A stretch of DNA of 56,739 nt, counting the filler, from Ginglymostoma cirratum (taxonomy: Eukaryota), in the NCBI GenBank assembly GCA_024137785.1. It is 3 parts of 3 records of this genome, joined end to end, with 100 filler letters (N's around TTAATTAATTAA, not from the genome) between each part and the next. Parts side by side here need not be neighbours in the genome. Positions count along the whole stretch, not along the records: positions 22,018 to 48,902 come from JAHRHZ010000046.1; positions 49,003 to 56,739 come from JAHRHZ010000266.1; 1 more part is not named here. The stretch is one strand, 5' to 3'. The notes under the pieces were generated by a model. That model was not told where the DNA came from and ran no database searches. It saw nothing but the letters and a program-made list of their open reading frames with translations. Shown piece after piece: positions 36,707-50,984 of the stretch; positions within the stretch are counted from its first letter, which is position 1, and the number at the start of each line of letters is the position of its first letter. The translations under genes were made by a program, and so were the position numbers.

Positions 36707-37169
36707 AGGTGAAGTTACTAGTCAGAGATCACCAGCCAAACCGACTGCATCACGTAAAAACCTTAATAACGCGCTAATCCAGTTCAGTCTATTTCTTGAA
36801 TAGCGTGAAGTAGCCTACTAGCTATAGTATACAAAGGATGTGGAACAACGGTTGAAGGCACATGGACAAAACAGTAGGTGGCAGGGCATTGTGGGTGCAA
36901 ATCCTGTAGTGCTAGATCACTGGCTTATAGGCAGCTATGACCGCAGGAAGAGTTCTATAGATGAGATCTATACGTTGTAATTAAACACTAGATCAATTTG
37001 ACTTGGATTTTAATCATTACTATGCAGAAATCGAGCCTTCTAAAAATGTTAGTGTAGCTAGACTGAAGCAACATTTTTTGAGGAAACCGCATAACTAATA
37101 GCCGCATTTTTCTATGAAGCTTGTTAAATATAAATATAATAATTTAACATATTTCACGCTGGGGTTTTG

Positions 37170-37357
37170 AGTATTTATGTCTACCAGTTTGTGGGTTGAC
37201 CTACAAATAGTCTATTTCCTTACGTAGACAATTTCTCTGGTATTAAACTGGTATAATCCTAATTCATCCATCCATTCATCTAAAATGCCATCATTTGTAC
37301 TGTTAATTTGTACACCATGCAGCACCCAGATTACTGTTAGGTCATTCATCCAGTCAT
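37170..37357 (-). pseudogene. Possible decayed C1-set exon remnant
   Basis: DLTVIWVLHGVQINSTNDGILDEWMDELGLYQFNTREIVYVRK*TICRSTHKL resembles C1 strands C-F. Confidence 0.4.
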
Positions 37358-37629
37358 CTAAATGTAAGCTAGGAGCAATACCTTTTTTCTTTACTTTTTC
37401 ATGCGTTGTGGGTTTTAATGGCAAAGCCAGCATTTCTTGTACAATTAACCTTGAACTGAGTGGTTTGCGAGCTATTTCATAGGGCAGTTGAGTCATCCAT
37501 GTTCCTGTAGGTCGGCAGTTGCAAGTAGGCCAGACCAGATAAGGATGACAGATTTCCTTCTCAAAAGGACCTTAGTGAACCAGATGGGTTTTTACAACAT
37601 TTGATGGCGCGTTCTAGGAAATCACCACT

Positions 37630-39760
37630 GTTTGTGTGAAAAACATGCCTCACACATCTCTTTTAAGCTTCCTCCCTCGCACCTTGAACCTGTGTCCCCT
37701 ATTAATTGACTCTTCCTTCCTGGGAAAAAGCCTCATACTTTCCACTCTATCCACGCCATTCACAATCTTAGAAACTTCTATCAGCTCGTCCCTCAACCTC
37801 TTGTGTTCTAGTGAAAACAAACTCAGTCTATCTAACCTTTCTTCATAGCTAAAATCCCTCATTCCATGCAACATTCTGTCAACCTTTTCTGTACTCTCTC
37901 CAAAGCATACATATCCTTCTGGTAGTGTGGCGACTATAACTCTACACAATATCCCAAGTGTGGCGTAACTAAAGTTCTAAAAAACTGCAGCATAACTTGT
38001 CCATCCTTATACTCATTGCCCCTTCCAATGAAGGCAACATGCCATAGACCATTTTTACCACCTTATCACCTGCAGTGATCTGTGGACCTGCACACCCAGA
38101 TCCCTCTATATATCAATACTCCTTAGGGTTCAGCCATTCACTGTATAATTTTCACCTGTACCTGACCTTCCAAAATGCATCACCTCACATTTGTCTGGAT
38201 TAAACTCATGTGCTTTTTTTCTGCCCATGCCTCCAACTAACCTATATCCTGCTGTATCCTCCTCACTGTCCACAACTCCGCCAATCTTTATATTGTCTGC
38301 AAACTTACTAATTTGACCAGCTGTGTTTTCCTCCAAATCATTTATGTAGATCATGAACAACAGAGGTCCCAGCACCAATCCCTGTGGAACATCATTAGTC
38401 ACAGCCATCCATTCCAAAAAGGATCATTCCACCGCTACCCTCTATCTCCTATGACTAAGTCAGTTCTTTATCCATCTTGCCAGCTCACCTCGATACCACG
38501 TGACTCCACCATTTGTACCCATTTGCCATGAGGGACCTTGTCAACGGCTTTAATGAAGCCCATGTATACAACATTAACTGCTTTTCCCGCATCAATCGTC
38601 TTCGTCATCTCCTCAAAAAACTGAATCAAGACAGTGAGGCACGGCCTCCCCTGCATGAAACCATGCTGTTTATCGCTAATCCGTCTATTAGCTTCTAAAT
38701 GCATAGAGATCTTGTCCCTGAGAATCTTTTCCAATAATTTCCCGACCTCTGAGGTGAGGCTCACAGGCCTGTAATTTCCTGGATTATCCCTGCTACCCTT
38801 CTTAAACAATGGGACAACATTAGCTATTCTCCAGTTCTCTGGGATCTCACCTGGGGCCAAAGAGGATATAAAGATGTCTGTCAATGCTCCAGCAATTTGT
38901 TCACTTGCCTCCCTCAATATTCTGGGATAGATCCCATTAAGACCCAGGGACTTATCTATCTTAATACTTTTTAAGATGCACAACATCTTTCCCTTTTTAA
39001 TAGCAACTTGGCTTAGAAATTCGACACTCCCTTCCCTGAGATCATCTTCCACCATTTCCTTCTTTTTGGTGAATACTGATATAAAGTATTCATTTAAGAT
39101 CTCACCTACATTTTCTGGCTCCCCACATACATTTTCTCCTTTGTCCTTGAGTGGGTCAACCCTTTCCCTGGCTACCCTCTTACTTTTTATATTTGTATAA
39201 AAAGCCTTGGGATTCTCCTTAGCGTCTTTAGCTAATGAATTTTCATGACCCCTTTTAGCCCTTCTAATTCCTTGTTTAAGTTCTTTCCTATTTCCCTTAT
39301 ATACTTCAAGGGCTTTGTCAGTTCCCATCTTCCTAGACCTTATGTATGCTTCCTTTTTCTTTTTAACCAAGGTCATAACATCCCTGGTCATCCAAGGTTC
39401 ACGTAACCTGCCATACCCATCCTTCACTCTCACAGGAACATGTTGCTTCTGAACTCTTATCAACTGCCGTTTGACATACTCTCACATAAACAATGTGGAT
39501 TTACCCTCAAACAGACACCTCCAACCAACACTCTCCAGTTCCTGCCTAATATCGTTGTAGTCTGCCTTCCCCCAATTTAACACCTTCACCCGAGGACTGC
39601 ATTTATCCCTATCCATGAGTAACTTAAAATTCACTGTATTATGGTCACTCCCCCTGAAATGCTCCCCCACTGAAACTTCACTCACCTGGCTGGGCTCTTT
39701 TCCCAAAACTAGGTCTAGTATAATCCCTTCCCTGATTGGACTGATTACACACTGTGTCAA
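37630..39760 (-). mobile_element. CR1 LINE ORF2 (EN-RT) fragment, disrupted
   Basis: ORFs 39482-39760, 38468-39463, 38130-38417 and 37650-37949 contain SDH, PGNYRPVSLTS, VPQGLVLGP and FADN motifs. Confidence 0.93.
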
Positions 39761-39989
39761 GAAAATACTGTGTCAATTTTAGACTTTGTAATCAAATTTA
39801 AATTCTACCAGCTGCTGTAGTGGGATTTAAACCCACATCGTCACATCAGTGGGTCTTCGTTTCCACCAATATTTTGTCAATATCCTCTTCCTCAATAGGT
39901 AAGAAAACCCTGCCTTTGGGATTTTAGTGACTCCTTTTTCATTAGTGACTCTATGACTCTAGAAACACTAAACAAGGTACTCATTATGA

Positions 39990-41610
39990 ATGTGCAGCCC
40001 TCTGCTCTCTCCACTCCAACCCCAACCTCACCATAAAACCCGCAGACAAAGGAGGTGCAGTTGTATGGTGCACTGACCTCTACATCGCCGAGGCAGGGCA
40101 CCAACTCTCTGACACCTCCTCCTACCACCTCCTTGATCATGACCCCACCCCCGACCACCAAAACATCAGCTCCCAAAATCATCCACAACCTCATCACCTC
40201 AGGTGACCTCCCATCCAGAGCCTCCAACCTCATTGTTCTCCAACCCCGCACATCCCATTTCTATCTCCTTCCCAAAATCCACAAACCTGACTGCCCTGGT
40301 TGACCCATTGTCTCCACCTGCTCCTGCCCCACTGAACTCATCTCCACGTATCTCGACTCCATCGTCTCCCTCTTGGTCCAGGAACTCCCCACCAATGTCC
40401 GTGACACCACCCACGCCCTCCACCTCCTCCAAAACTTCCAATTCCCTGGTCCCCGCCACCTCATCTTTACCATGGACGTCCAGTCCCTACACACTTGCAT
40501 TCCCCATGCAGATGGCCTAAAGGCCCTTCGCTTCTTCCTGTCCTACAGGCCCGACCAGTCCCCCTCCACTGACACTTTCATCCGCTTAGCTGAACTCGTC
40601 CTCACCCTTAACAACTTCTCCTTCAATTCCTCCCACTTCCTACAGTCAAAGGGGATTGCCATGTGTACCCGCATGGACCCAAGCTATGCCTGCCTCTTTG
40701 TAGGATATGTGGAACAATCCCTCTTCCGAGCTACACTGGCCCTATCCCCCACCTCTTCCTCAGTTACATCGATGACTGTATCGGCGCCACCTCGTGCTCG
40801 CACGAGGAGCTTGAACACTTCATCCACTTCACTAACACGTTCCACCCCAACCTTAAGTTCACCTGGACCATCTCTGATACCTCTCTCTCCTTCCTGGACC
40901 TCTCTATTTCCATCTCTGGCAACCACCTGGAAACCGATATCCATTTCAAGCCTACCGACTCCCACAGCTACCTAGAGTATACCTCCTGTCACCCATCTTC
41001 CTGCAAAAAAGCCATCCCCTATTCCCAGTTCCTTCACCTCTGCTGCATCTGCTCCCAAGATGAGGCATTCCACTCCTGAACATCCCAGATGTCCTCGTTT
41101 TTCAAGGACCGCATCTTCCCCTCCACAGTGGTTGAAAACGCCCTTGACCGTGTCTCTCGCATTTCCCGCAACTCATCCCTCACACCCCCTCCCCGCAATA
41201 ACAACCAAAACAGAATCCCCTTCATCCTCATGTACCACCCCACCAACTTCCGGATCCAATGCATCATCCTCCGACACATCCACCATCTGCAATCCAACCC
41301 CACCACCAAAGACATTTTTCCCTCCCCACCCTTATCTGCTTTCCGGAGAGACCACTGTCTCCATGACTGCCTTGTTCGCTCCAAACTCCCCACCAGCCCC
41401 ACCACCCCCGGCACTTTTACATGCAACCAATGGAAGTGCTACACCTGCCCCTACACCTCCCCCCTCACCCCCATCCCAGGCCCTAAGAAGACCTTCCACA
41501 TCAAACAGATGTTCACCTGCACATGTGCTTATGAGGTATACTGTATCCGCTGTTCCCGTTGTGGCCTCCTCTACATCGGGGAAACCAAATGGAGGCTTGG
41601 GGACTTTAAA
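39990..41610 (+). mobile_element. Penelope-like element RT + GIY-YIG endonuclease, frameshifted
   Basis: FYLLPKIHKP, MDVQSL, YIDD, FLDL and YCIRCSRCGLLYIGET motifs. Confidence 0.92.
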
Positions 41611-43619
41611 GCATGCACTCATGCACTTTAAAGCATGATCCATGGGCACCAGCTGCATGCATCCCTCATCCACAGACATTGGCATCCAACATTTGCCAAA
41701 CCCTCATGACCATAATGGCATAATGTCTCTGATTCCCAGGCTCTCTAGGATGCACAGACTTTCATTGCAGGGTGAACCAGCAACAAGCATTGAAGGGCTG
41801 CTGCAAGGACACTTTGTGTGCAGGGACATGGACCCAGTTCACTGATTGGACTAAGCTGCATCTCAGGATTGATCACTTGATCTGTTAAGGCTCACTCACA
41901 AAGAGCATACCCACATGTTCACTCCTTGCCTTACCGTGCCATTTTGCACAGACAAACATCCAAGCTTGCCTTGCTCGTCAGCAAGGGGCATACATCTTGT
42001 TATATGGCACCCTGCTTTGCCAATCTCTCACCTGCACAACATGCCAGCAGCTTGTATTGTAAACACACTGTATGTGCAGCAAGCAGGCACCATGTCTCAA
42101 ATTTCTACGGGAAACCTCCTCACCAAAGGCCATGGAGGCCCCTGTCAATCAGGGATCCCACAAAAGCATCAAGGGCAGCCTTTGATACTAATCCATCAGG
42201 GTGGTCTTGGTGAGGGGGGTCTGTGCCTCTGCGTCTGTGGAGCGCGTCATTGTCAGTCCTGTGGCTCCTTGGTGACCACTCTGGGGGAAGGGGAATGATA
42301 GGTCTAACATAGTCAGGAGACGTCTAGGTATCGGTTAAAGGTTAATGCACTTCTCAAGTTGGACTGTCCACTTACGTCACACAAGACCGTGGTCAGTCTG
42401 TTAGGTCTGCCCACAGAAACTAAGGAGAAAGGGAGGTAATGCGGGTGGCAACAGGGGGCAGACTGCCACCACAGGAAGGAGACTCAAGAATCTATTCTTT
42501 GGGATTGGGGCTACAGACCAGAGAGAAGGTGTGGTGATAACTGTGGAAAGGCTTAATAGTATCTGTAAGTGGCAAAACAGTGAAGTATGGATGAAAAAGG
42601 GGTCATGCAGGAGGGAGGGAGGTTTGTCTATGGTGAGGAGCCTCCTGGCTTCAAGGGGGGAGCAATGTATGACCACATTTGGCATGGTGATCCCATATGC
42701 CAGAAGCTGGGTAAGGTGAATAGCTGCAGGCGAATGTATGGGGACCTAAGGAGATGCAAAGCCTATGGGGTTTACAGAAAAGCTGCCAGGAAGTGGATGT
42801 TTGTGATTTCACTGACACATAGAATTGGTGCCTGGAAGCTCCTGAGCTGGTTAAAAATAATCAGCGACCTATTCTAATCCATTTTCCAACACTGGACCCA
42901 TAGTCCTACATGCCCTGGCATCACAAGTATCCATTTAAATTCTTTTTAAATGTTATCAGGGTTGCTGCCTTTACCACCCTTGCAGGGAGTGTCACCATGC
43001 CTTTGATAGGATGATGAAGTGCTTGTTTGTGCACCACTAATGCCGACCCTATCCTTGGAGAGAGCCAGAAAATTGCATGAGTTGCTGCACTGCTGTAGTT
43101 CCTGGGCATTCTATATACCTGTCTGCTTCTGCTATCCTTCCCTTTAATTCTAACCAAATACCTGATTGCTGATACCACTGCATCATTTCCTGTCTGGCAC
43201 AGCTCAGGTGCCTGGTGTCCAGCAGTTCTCCAAGTGCCAGAAGCCTGGGATGGTTTTTTTCCCTTGGCCAGCTGTGGAACTATCACAGTGAGGTAAACAC
43301 CAGCATGTGTTCCAAATTCAGATGAGTCAGTATCCAAGCTGGGAGGGTGGGGTGTGCGTACAGGAAGCAGTCTTTCTGATGCTTCCTCTAGTGTCATGGT
43401 CTAGACTGTATTCCTTTAAAGTGCCATCATTCAAAATATCTCCAAGAAGAGAATGAGTGGCACACACACTGAAGACTCCACCTCTCCTGGGTGATCATGC
43501 ATCTACTGTCCTGAAATCACTGCCTATGGGGTGAAGAAATACTAGATATTATAATAAGAAAATTCTCATTCTCCAGATACTCCAAAATGATGCCAGATGA
43601 CCCTGAGGTTCAGGTTCTT

Positions 43620-45490
43620 AAAAAATAAATTGGGAGGGCAAAAAGGGGACACGAAAGCATAATAGCAGGTAAAATAAAGGAGGGTTCTAAGTTATTTTAA
43701 AGGGCATTAAGAGTAAAAGGATAACTAGGGAAAGAGTCGGGCCCATTAAGGACCACATGGTAATCTGTGTTTTGAGACACAGGATTTAGGTAGGGTTCTG
43801 AATTAATATTTTTGTGTTGCTGTCCACTATTGTGTGTGACAATGCAGGTATAAAAATCAGGAAGAAGGGCTGTGATATAATTATTAGACATAGAGGAGGT
43901 TCTGAGTGGTCTGGCAGACTTAAAGGTAGGTATACCTCCAGGTATGACAAGCTGTTGAGGGAGGCAACAGAGGAAATAACAGGGGCACTGGCATCAATTT
44001 TCAATTTGTCTCTGGCCACAGGAGATGTGCTAGAGGACTGGAGGACAGACAATATTGGTACCATTATTCAAGAAGGAAGAGATAAATCAGGAAACTGCAG
44101 GCCATTCAGTTTAACCTCAGTGGTGGGGAAACTATTGGAAGCAATTCTGAAAGACAGAATTAATTTACACTTGGAGGCAGAGATTAATCAAAAACAATCA
44201 ACATGGTTTTATTAGGGGAAGGGTATGCCTGAACAACTTGACTGAATTTTTCAAAGATGTGACCAGGTGTGTAGATGAGGGCAATATATTTGATGTAATT
44301 TACTTGGACTCCATCAAGACTTCTGATAAGACACCACATGGGAGACTGTTAGCAAAGTTAAGAGCCCATGGGATCCAAGGAAATTTGGCTATTTGAATCC
44401 AGAATTGGCTGAGTGGCAGAAAGCACAGGGAGATGGTTGGGAAATGTTTTTGTGACTGGAAGTCTGTGTTCAGTAGGGTTCCACAGGGATCAGTGCTGGG
44501 GCCTTAGCTGTTAGTGGAATATATAAATGACTTAGACTTGAATGCAAGAGGGTTGATCAGTAAGTTCATGGATGAAACAAAAATTGGTGGGGTGGTAAAT
44601 ATTGAGAATAGCTTTAGATTGCAAGAGGATATGGACAGGTTAGACAGAAAGGCTGATCAATGGCAAATGGAATACAATCCAGATAAGTGGAAGTTCACGT
44701 ACTTAAGCAAGTTAAACAAGGGAGAACATGGTGAGTGGTAGGACCCTGGAAGGCACCAAAGATCAGAGGGATCTTGGTGTGCATGTCCACTGGCACCTTT
44801 AAAGTAGCAGGACAGGTAGATAATGTGGTTAAGAAGGCTTATGGAATACTTGTTATTATTAGTTGAGGCATTGAGTTTAAGAGCAGGGAGGTGATGCTGA
44901 ACTGTTGGTTATATTGAACAATGAAATGTTGGTTAGCTCATAGGTGGAATATTTTGCGTAGTTCTGGAATCACATTATAGAAGGGATGTAACTGCACAGG
45001 TGACGATACAGAGGAGATTTACTAGGATGGTGCCTGGGCTGGAGAGTTTTAGTTATAAAGAGAGATTGTAGAGACTGAGGTGTTTTCCTTGGAGCAGAGG
45101 AGACTCATGGGGTCATGATTGTGATACATAAAATTATGAGGGGCATAGGTAGGATAGACAGGAAGGAACCATTCCCCTTGGTGGAGGGATCAATGACCTG
45201 GGGCACAGATTTAAGATAAGGGGCAGGAAGTTTAGAAGGGATATGAGGAAAAATATTTTCACCCAGAGTGTGGTGGAAATCTAGAACTCACTGCCTATGA
45301 AGGTGGTAAAGGCAGAAATCCTCAAAACATTTAAGAAGTATTTGGATGTGTGCTATGATACCAAGGCATTCAAGGCTATAGGCCCAGTGCAGGAAAATGG
45401 GATTAGAATAGTTAAGTGGTAGTCTTTAACCAGCTCAGACTCAATGGGCTGAAGGGCCGTTTTCTGTGCTGTAGACCTCTATGACACTAT
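43620..45490 (+). mobile_element. CR1 LINE RT and 3' end, degenerate
   Basis: GNCRPFSLTSVVGKLLE and YINDLD...ISKFMDETKIGG motifs, plus a CR1 3' tail. Confidence 0.88.
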
Positions 45491-46349
45491 GAAATATCCT
45501 GAAGTTCCCATGTAGTGCAGGAAGTGCATACAAGAGATTTCAACTGCCCGTCCATTGTCTATGAAAAAAGGGTGTCAATTATCACAACATTATAATTCTT
45601 TGTTTTTACTTATTTGTGGGATATAGGCGTTGCTGCCTTACCAGCATTTATTGACCACCCCTAGTTGCCCTTGAGAAGGTGGTAGTGAGCTGCCTTCTGA
45701 ACTGCTGTAGTCCACTTGCTGTGGGTTGACGCACAATGCCATTAGGGAGGGAATTCCAGGATTTTGATACAGTGACAATGAAGGAACGGCGATTTATTTC
45801 CAAATCAGGATGGTGGGTGGCTTGCAGGGTAACTTCCAGGTGGGGGTGTTCCCATGTATTTGCTTTTGCTATGTATGCAAGAATGACACAATGCATTTCC
45901 TCATGGGAATCCTCCTTGTGAATGCTGTAGGAGAAAAGAGAACAAATGAGTGATACCAGACAAGCAAAGTTGCAGATAATTTCTAATCAAACTGTTTATA
46001 CGCCATAACACACCTCTGGAGCAGGTGGGACTTGAATCCAGGCCTCCTGGCTTAGAGATAGGGCCACTAACACTATACCACAAGAGCCCTCCCAAATTAG
46101 ATTGCAACATAAGATAATTGATCAGTTTCTGTGAGCCCCTGGTCCAATTTCATTGGGGAGAATTGTGGGATATGTTGTAATTTGATCTGCAATTAAACTC
46201 CTCTACAGATCAAATCAGACTTTATGATGCATTTTCTATGGTCACTCCAAGTTTGTTGCATTTCTATCCCATAGCAAGGATATCATTGAAAGCCAACAGG
46301 ACAACCGTCTCACATTCACGTCATGGACCATTTTTTCCACTTTGTCAGT

Positions 46350-46770
46350 CATAGATCATAGAATCCCTATAGTGTGGAAACAGGCCTTTGGCCCAAAAAG
46401 ACCACACCAACCCTCAGAGCATCCCACCTAGCCCCATCGCCCCATAACCCACCTAATCTACACATTGCGGAACACAATGCACAATTTACCATGGCCAATC
46501 CACCTAGCCTGCACATCTTTGGATGTGGGAGGAAACCAGAGCACCTGGGGGGAACCCACACAGACATGGGGATAATGTGCAAACTCCACACAGAAGTCAT
46601 CCAAGGGTGGAATTGAACCCAGGCTCCTGGCACTGTGAAGCAGCAGTGCTAACCACTGAGCCACTGTGCCACCCAGAAGTGCAAACTCCACACAGTCTCC
46701 TGAGACTAGAATTGAACTTGGGTCCCTGGTGCTGCGAGGCAGAAGTGCTAACTACTGAGCCACTGTTCTG
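46350..46770 (-). mobile_element. HE1-type V-SINE with duplicated head
   Basis: Reverse complement of the SINE at 27055. Confidence 0.82.
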
Positions 46771-47385
46771 CCCTCTGTCATGACTCTGTGAATTAGGGAA
46801 TTGGGTGCAGTTGCTGTATTACATGCCCATTACAGATTCAATTTCACATCTCTACCTTGAGTTACTTCTCATATAACATATTTCCTTTAACAACGTCAAC
46901 AACTTGCAATTATAAAGCACCTTTAATGTAGTAATTTGTTCCAAGGCTCCTTCTTCAGTTGGCAGAATTTCCATTATGCAGATATGGAGGCAGATATGGA
47001 AATTCCACTCTAGAAAAATTTTAAAATTATTTTCTGTTTTTGGACAGGAGCATTTTTCAGCAAAAGTAAATAGTCAATTGTTCTCTCTTCTGACTAGTAT
47101 TTACACATGGTTGCATTTTTATTCAATGAATGAATATTTTAAAAACAGTCTTCAAAGAGAAAGTCACACCAGTGCATTCAGTTCGGCATTTGATATAATG
47201 TGTATCCATCTAACAGCAAAACAATTTTAAAAGCAGATTGAACCATATGCTGGTTCTCAACATTTGATTGACACAATAAAAAAGGGATTTATACAGAATG
47301 ACAATGAAATAAAACAGTCATAGATATTTTAAAAATCTTTAAATGTGGAGTCACCATCATTCCAGAACATTATGTTACTGGTCTC

Positions 47386-47398
47386 TGACAGACAGACG

Positions 47399-47450
<52 letters not shown>

Positions 47451-47462
47451 CACACACACACA
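47386..47462. repeat. (GACA)n/(CA)n microsatellite
   Basis: Direct inspection. Confidence 0.95.
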
Positions 47463-47624
47463 CCAGTTGGACTAAGGTGTACTGTCATAAACAAATGATG
47501 GATTCACATAGAGCATCGAGGTGCCATTGTGCAGTACATTTAGTTTACAGAGAATTTTCATGGAGGTGACAACATAGCATTAGGATTCTATTGTACTGTC
47601 ACAGTTGAGTGAAAGATGGACGTG

Positions 47625-48900
47625 GTGTTACGATGATGCTTCCTATTTTAAATATTAAGCGGATTTAATTTTTGAAAAATTGTGAAAAATTGATTTATCT
47701 CAAGTTTTGCGGAAATTCACAGAGTTGTTTCATTAAAAGAGATTGTTGAAAATTCACTGTGGACATTGGAGACTATGTAAACATGTCTTCTCAGAAATCT
47801 CGTAACAGGTGATAAATACTTGCTTTGCTGTAGAATCAATGCTGGAGCTGTTTGAACAGTGAAAAGGTTGGAAAAGTACTTATTTCATCTGGTTCAGTTG
47901 AAGGTAAAGCCACTAAGAGCAAGCTGAGTTGGAGGAAAACTTGCTAAGAACAAGCTGCCCAGATGATCTCTCATTTCTGAAAATAGAACTTTCTTGTTGA
48001 GATCAACAATCTAATTATTCTTTTAAAAGAATGAAAATGAAACATTTCCAGATTGTATTTCCCAAGAAGCTGTGTCTGCAAGACTTCAGAGACAACTGTG
48101 CAAATTTAGTAAATTGACCACATGTGCCAAAACATCAGGGCAATGGACGGTGGGACACCTTACACTTTATCTTTTTGCCTTCAAGAACAATCCATTGGCA
48201 AAGGTTCTTTTCTCTACCAGAAAGCCAAGCAATGTCTGCAGAGAAATCTGACTTTTTTTTCTTTTCCGATCGAGTTTGAGTGACAACTTTTGGGGAAATT
48301 TAGAAGGATATTCTAACTTCTCTCTCTCTGATTGTCTATGTTAACACTTTATTCCATTTTCATTGAATAAGTTTTGTTTTGATAATAAATCAATAATTGT
48401 ATCCATCAAGAAACCTGGATGATAGGTCTTGTTTAAAACCTGATAAAGACAAGGTATTATATTGGTCATATTGATAACCTAAAAGGTATTTTATTTCATA
48501 TATGACCCATTGAGTAGTGGGATGAGGGTGACAGTGCATTCCTTCGGTCTCAGTTTTAACTTAAAAGTGGAGGCTCACAGGGGGTAAACAAGGAAGACAT
48601 CAAGTAAATGCAACTGGGGTATTAATAATTATAAAATGATAAACGGAGTAAATTGGTTTTCTTGAGCATTATTATATCAAAATTATGTTGGCCTTTGCTA
48701 AGGCTTTTCTGGGTAAGGGAATTTTATGCCTGAATGACTTGCAAAGAACAACCATATGTAGGCTAATTGAATTAGCTGGGAAGTTAGGGTTAAATTTACA
48801 AGCATACTTGAAGTTTAATGAACAGCAATACAAATCTGATGCTGAGTCACTTGAGTTCATGATAATACAGTTGAAGATTAACACTTGAACAGGAAAGAGA
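47625..48900 (+). mobile_element. Probable Gypsy-type LTR, PBS-like site and gag N-terminus
   Basis: TGTTAC start, internal AATAAA, TGGAGGCTC at about 48568, then ORF MLAFAKAFLG...RLIELAGKLGL, truncated by the gap. Confidence 0.5.
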
Positions 48901-48902
48901 AT

Positions 48903-49002
48903 NNNNNNNNNNNNNNNNNNNNNNNNNNNNNNNNNNNNNNNNNNNNTTAATTAATTAANNNNNNNNNNNNNNNNNNNNNNNNNNNNNNNNNNNNNNNNNN
49001 NN
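48903..49002. other. 100-bp scaffold gap with TTAATTAATTAA linker
   Basis: Ns with an embedded linker. Confidence 0.98.
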
Positions 49003-50139
49003 AGTAGTTGTATAACTTCGCACTTTATAACTAACTTCATAATGGAAATTAATACTATGAATCTTATAGCAATTAGTTAAAACCAATTGTCTTTTGTATT
49101 TTTTAATGTACATGATTGGGACAAAAGAAAATACAAGAGGAATAACGGAATTTGATAAATATTGCACATGGAAAACAATGAATAACAGAATTCAAGCAGT
49201 CCTTAGAGATAAGCAAGTCTGAGACAGACCAGAAAGATTATAACCAGTAACTTTGGAATGTTAATTAGCAGGTTGTATAGAAAGATCCCAAGACTTGGAG
49301 ATTAACAATGTCTGTTAAACACCATGAGATCATGGGAACCTGAGGCCATCCATAGAAATACGCATCATTGATTAGGTGTTTTACAGGATTGGGTGTATGG
49401 AATCAGGAAGAAGGATGCTTTAACCACATTGTATGTGAGTATTGTAACACAAAACGTATAAAAATGCTGTGTTTCACTGTAAAAATCACAATGTGTCATT
49501 GCTCTCTCTTCTGGCCTGAGTCAACAATTAAGGGAATAATTGCGTTCTCACGCGAGGTCAGATTCCAGGAAGATCCTTTGGCATTAACCAGTTCTTGCTT
49601 GAATAAAAGTCCGCCATTTGTCTGAATCCTGCCTGCTTCCTGAGTCAATGGGCTGAATTGCCTCTTTTGTGGCTTAACTTCTCTATGGTTGCGTTTATCT
49701 CCAGCAGTCCAGTTAGCAGCAGTATCCACATTCAAACCAGTCTTTGGATAAAAATGTTTCTCCATTGGACTTCTTAGTGTCTCCTATATTTACAGTTCCT
49801 AGTTTTGGTCGCTCTTTGTCTACTCTATCAAACCATAAATTGTGTATCAGGTCAACTTTCAGTCTTCTCTGTTCTCAAAGTGAGAGCATTTGCATCTTTG
49901 ATATTTCCTGTTAGGTAGACCTTCTAAGTTCTAAACAATTTCTGGATCTACTGTATTATATCTAGCTGTGATGTATATCAAGAGATGGGAATTCTGCATA
50001 ACACTCAAATTGTAGGTGAATGCCAGAATTACATTTTTAAACAGATTATCTCTTCTTTGATTCTGCTCATCCAAAAATGGGATCCAATGTGTGGTTTGCA
50101 TTTCTTTGGTGTATCTCCTGCCAATACACTTGAACCAGA

Positions 50140-50960
50140 TGTGAGTGCCATTGACATCATCATTGTCCACCCAATTTTCCCTCTCCCTCACCATCCTAAT
50201 AAGACTCTCAACGCTGCTCCCCTTGACTCCACTCAATGTTCCACTTAATTCTGTGGACCATACTTCTTCTCTCCCCTTGCAACTCCTCTTGGTCATCCAC
50301 TCCCTCAACTATTCCTCTCAGCACTTTGAGTTACTCCCCTTTGTTCTCATCAGATCTTCACATTACCTCCCTTCTCCTTTCCACTCCCCTCTCCTCTTCC
50401 CTCACCTCCCTACATTGCTCCCCATATCTCTAATCTGTCCTCACATGTCCTCTTGGTTCTCCGCTGTACTGACTGCTCCCCTCACCTCTCTGAACTTCTC
50501 CCTGACCTCTTTGTTGTCCTCAATATTCCTCTTACCTGGATCTCCACACAGTTCACTGCTCCACTCACTTCTCCACGTTACTTTCCTCATCTCTGTTCAC
50601 TCTCCCCTCACCTATTCACATTGATCCCCTCGCCTGTACATTCCCCTCATTTTGGATCTCTACACACCTCACTGTTCTCCTAAACTCTGCACTTTCCATG
50701 ACCTAAGCTTTCTGCTGCTTTCAATGCTCCCTTAGTTTCTCAACCCCACCTTGCTGTTCCCCTCATCTCTCTGCTCCCCTCACTGTTCCCCTCTGCTCCC
50801 TCACTGTTCCCCTCTGTTCCCCTTGCAGAGCCCCTCACTGGTCTGCTCCCCTCCCTGTTCCCCTCATCTCTCTGCTCCCCCACTGTTCCCCTCAGCTCTT
50901 GTACTCCTTTTGCTGTTCCCCTCAGCTTTCCACTCTCTTAACCTCTTTGCTTGCCAACCT
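50140..50960. repeat. CT-rich low-complexity region with short tandem ctgttcccctca-like units
   Basis: Direct inspection. Confidence 0.75.
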
Positions 50961-50984
50961 GCTCACCCCTTGGTGGAAAGCCTT

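Noticed and set aside
41640-43530. Several 60-160 aa ORFs in a GC-richer stretch
   Set aside because: No recognisable domain or splice structure was found; this is probably old repeat sequence that I cannot classify.
50031-50117. Candidate downstream exon for the Siglec-like V gene
   Set aside because: It has no TM or signalling motif, the splice context is weak, and it cannot be supported.
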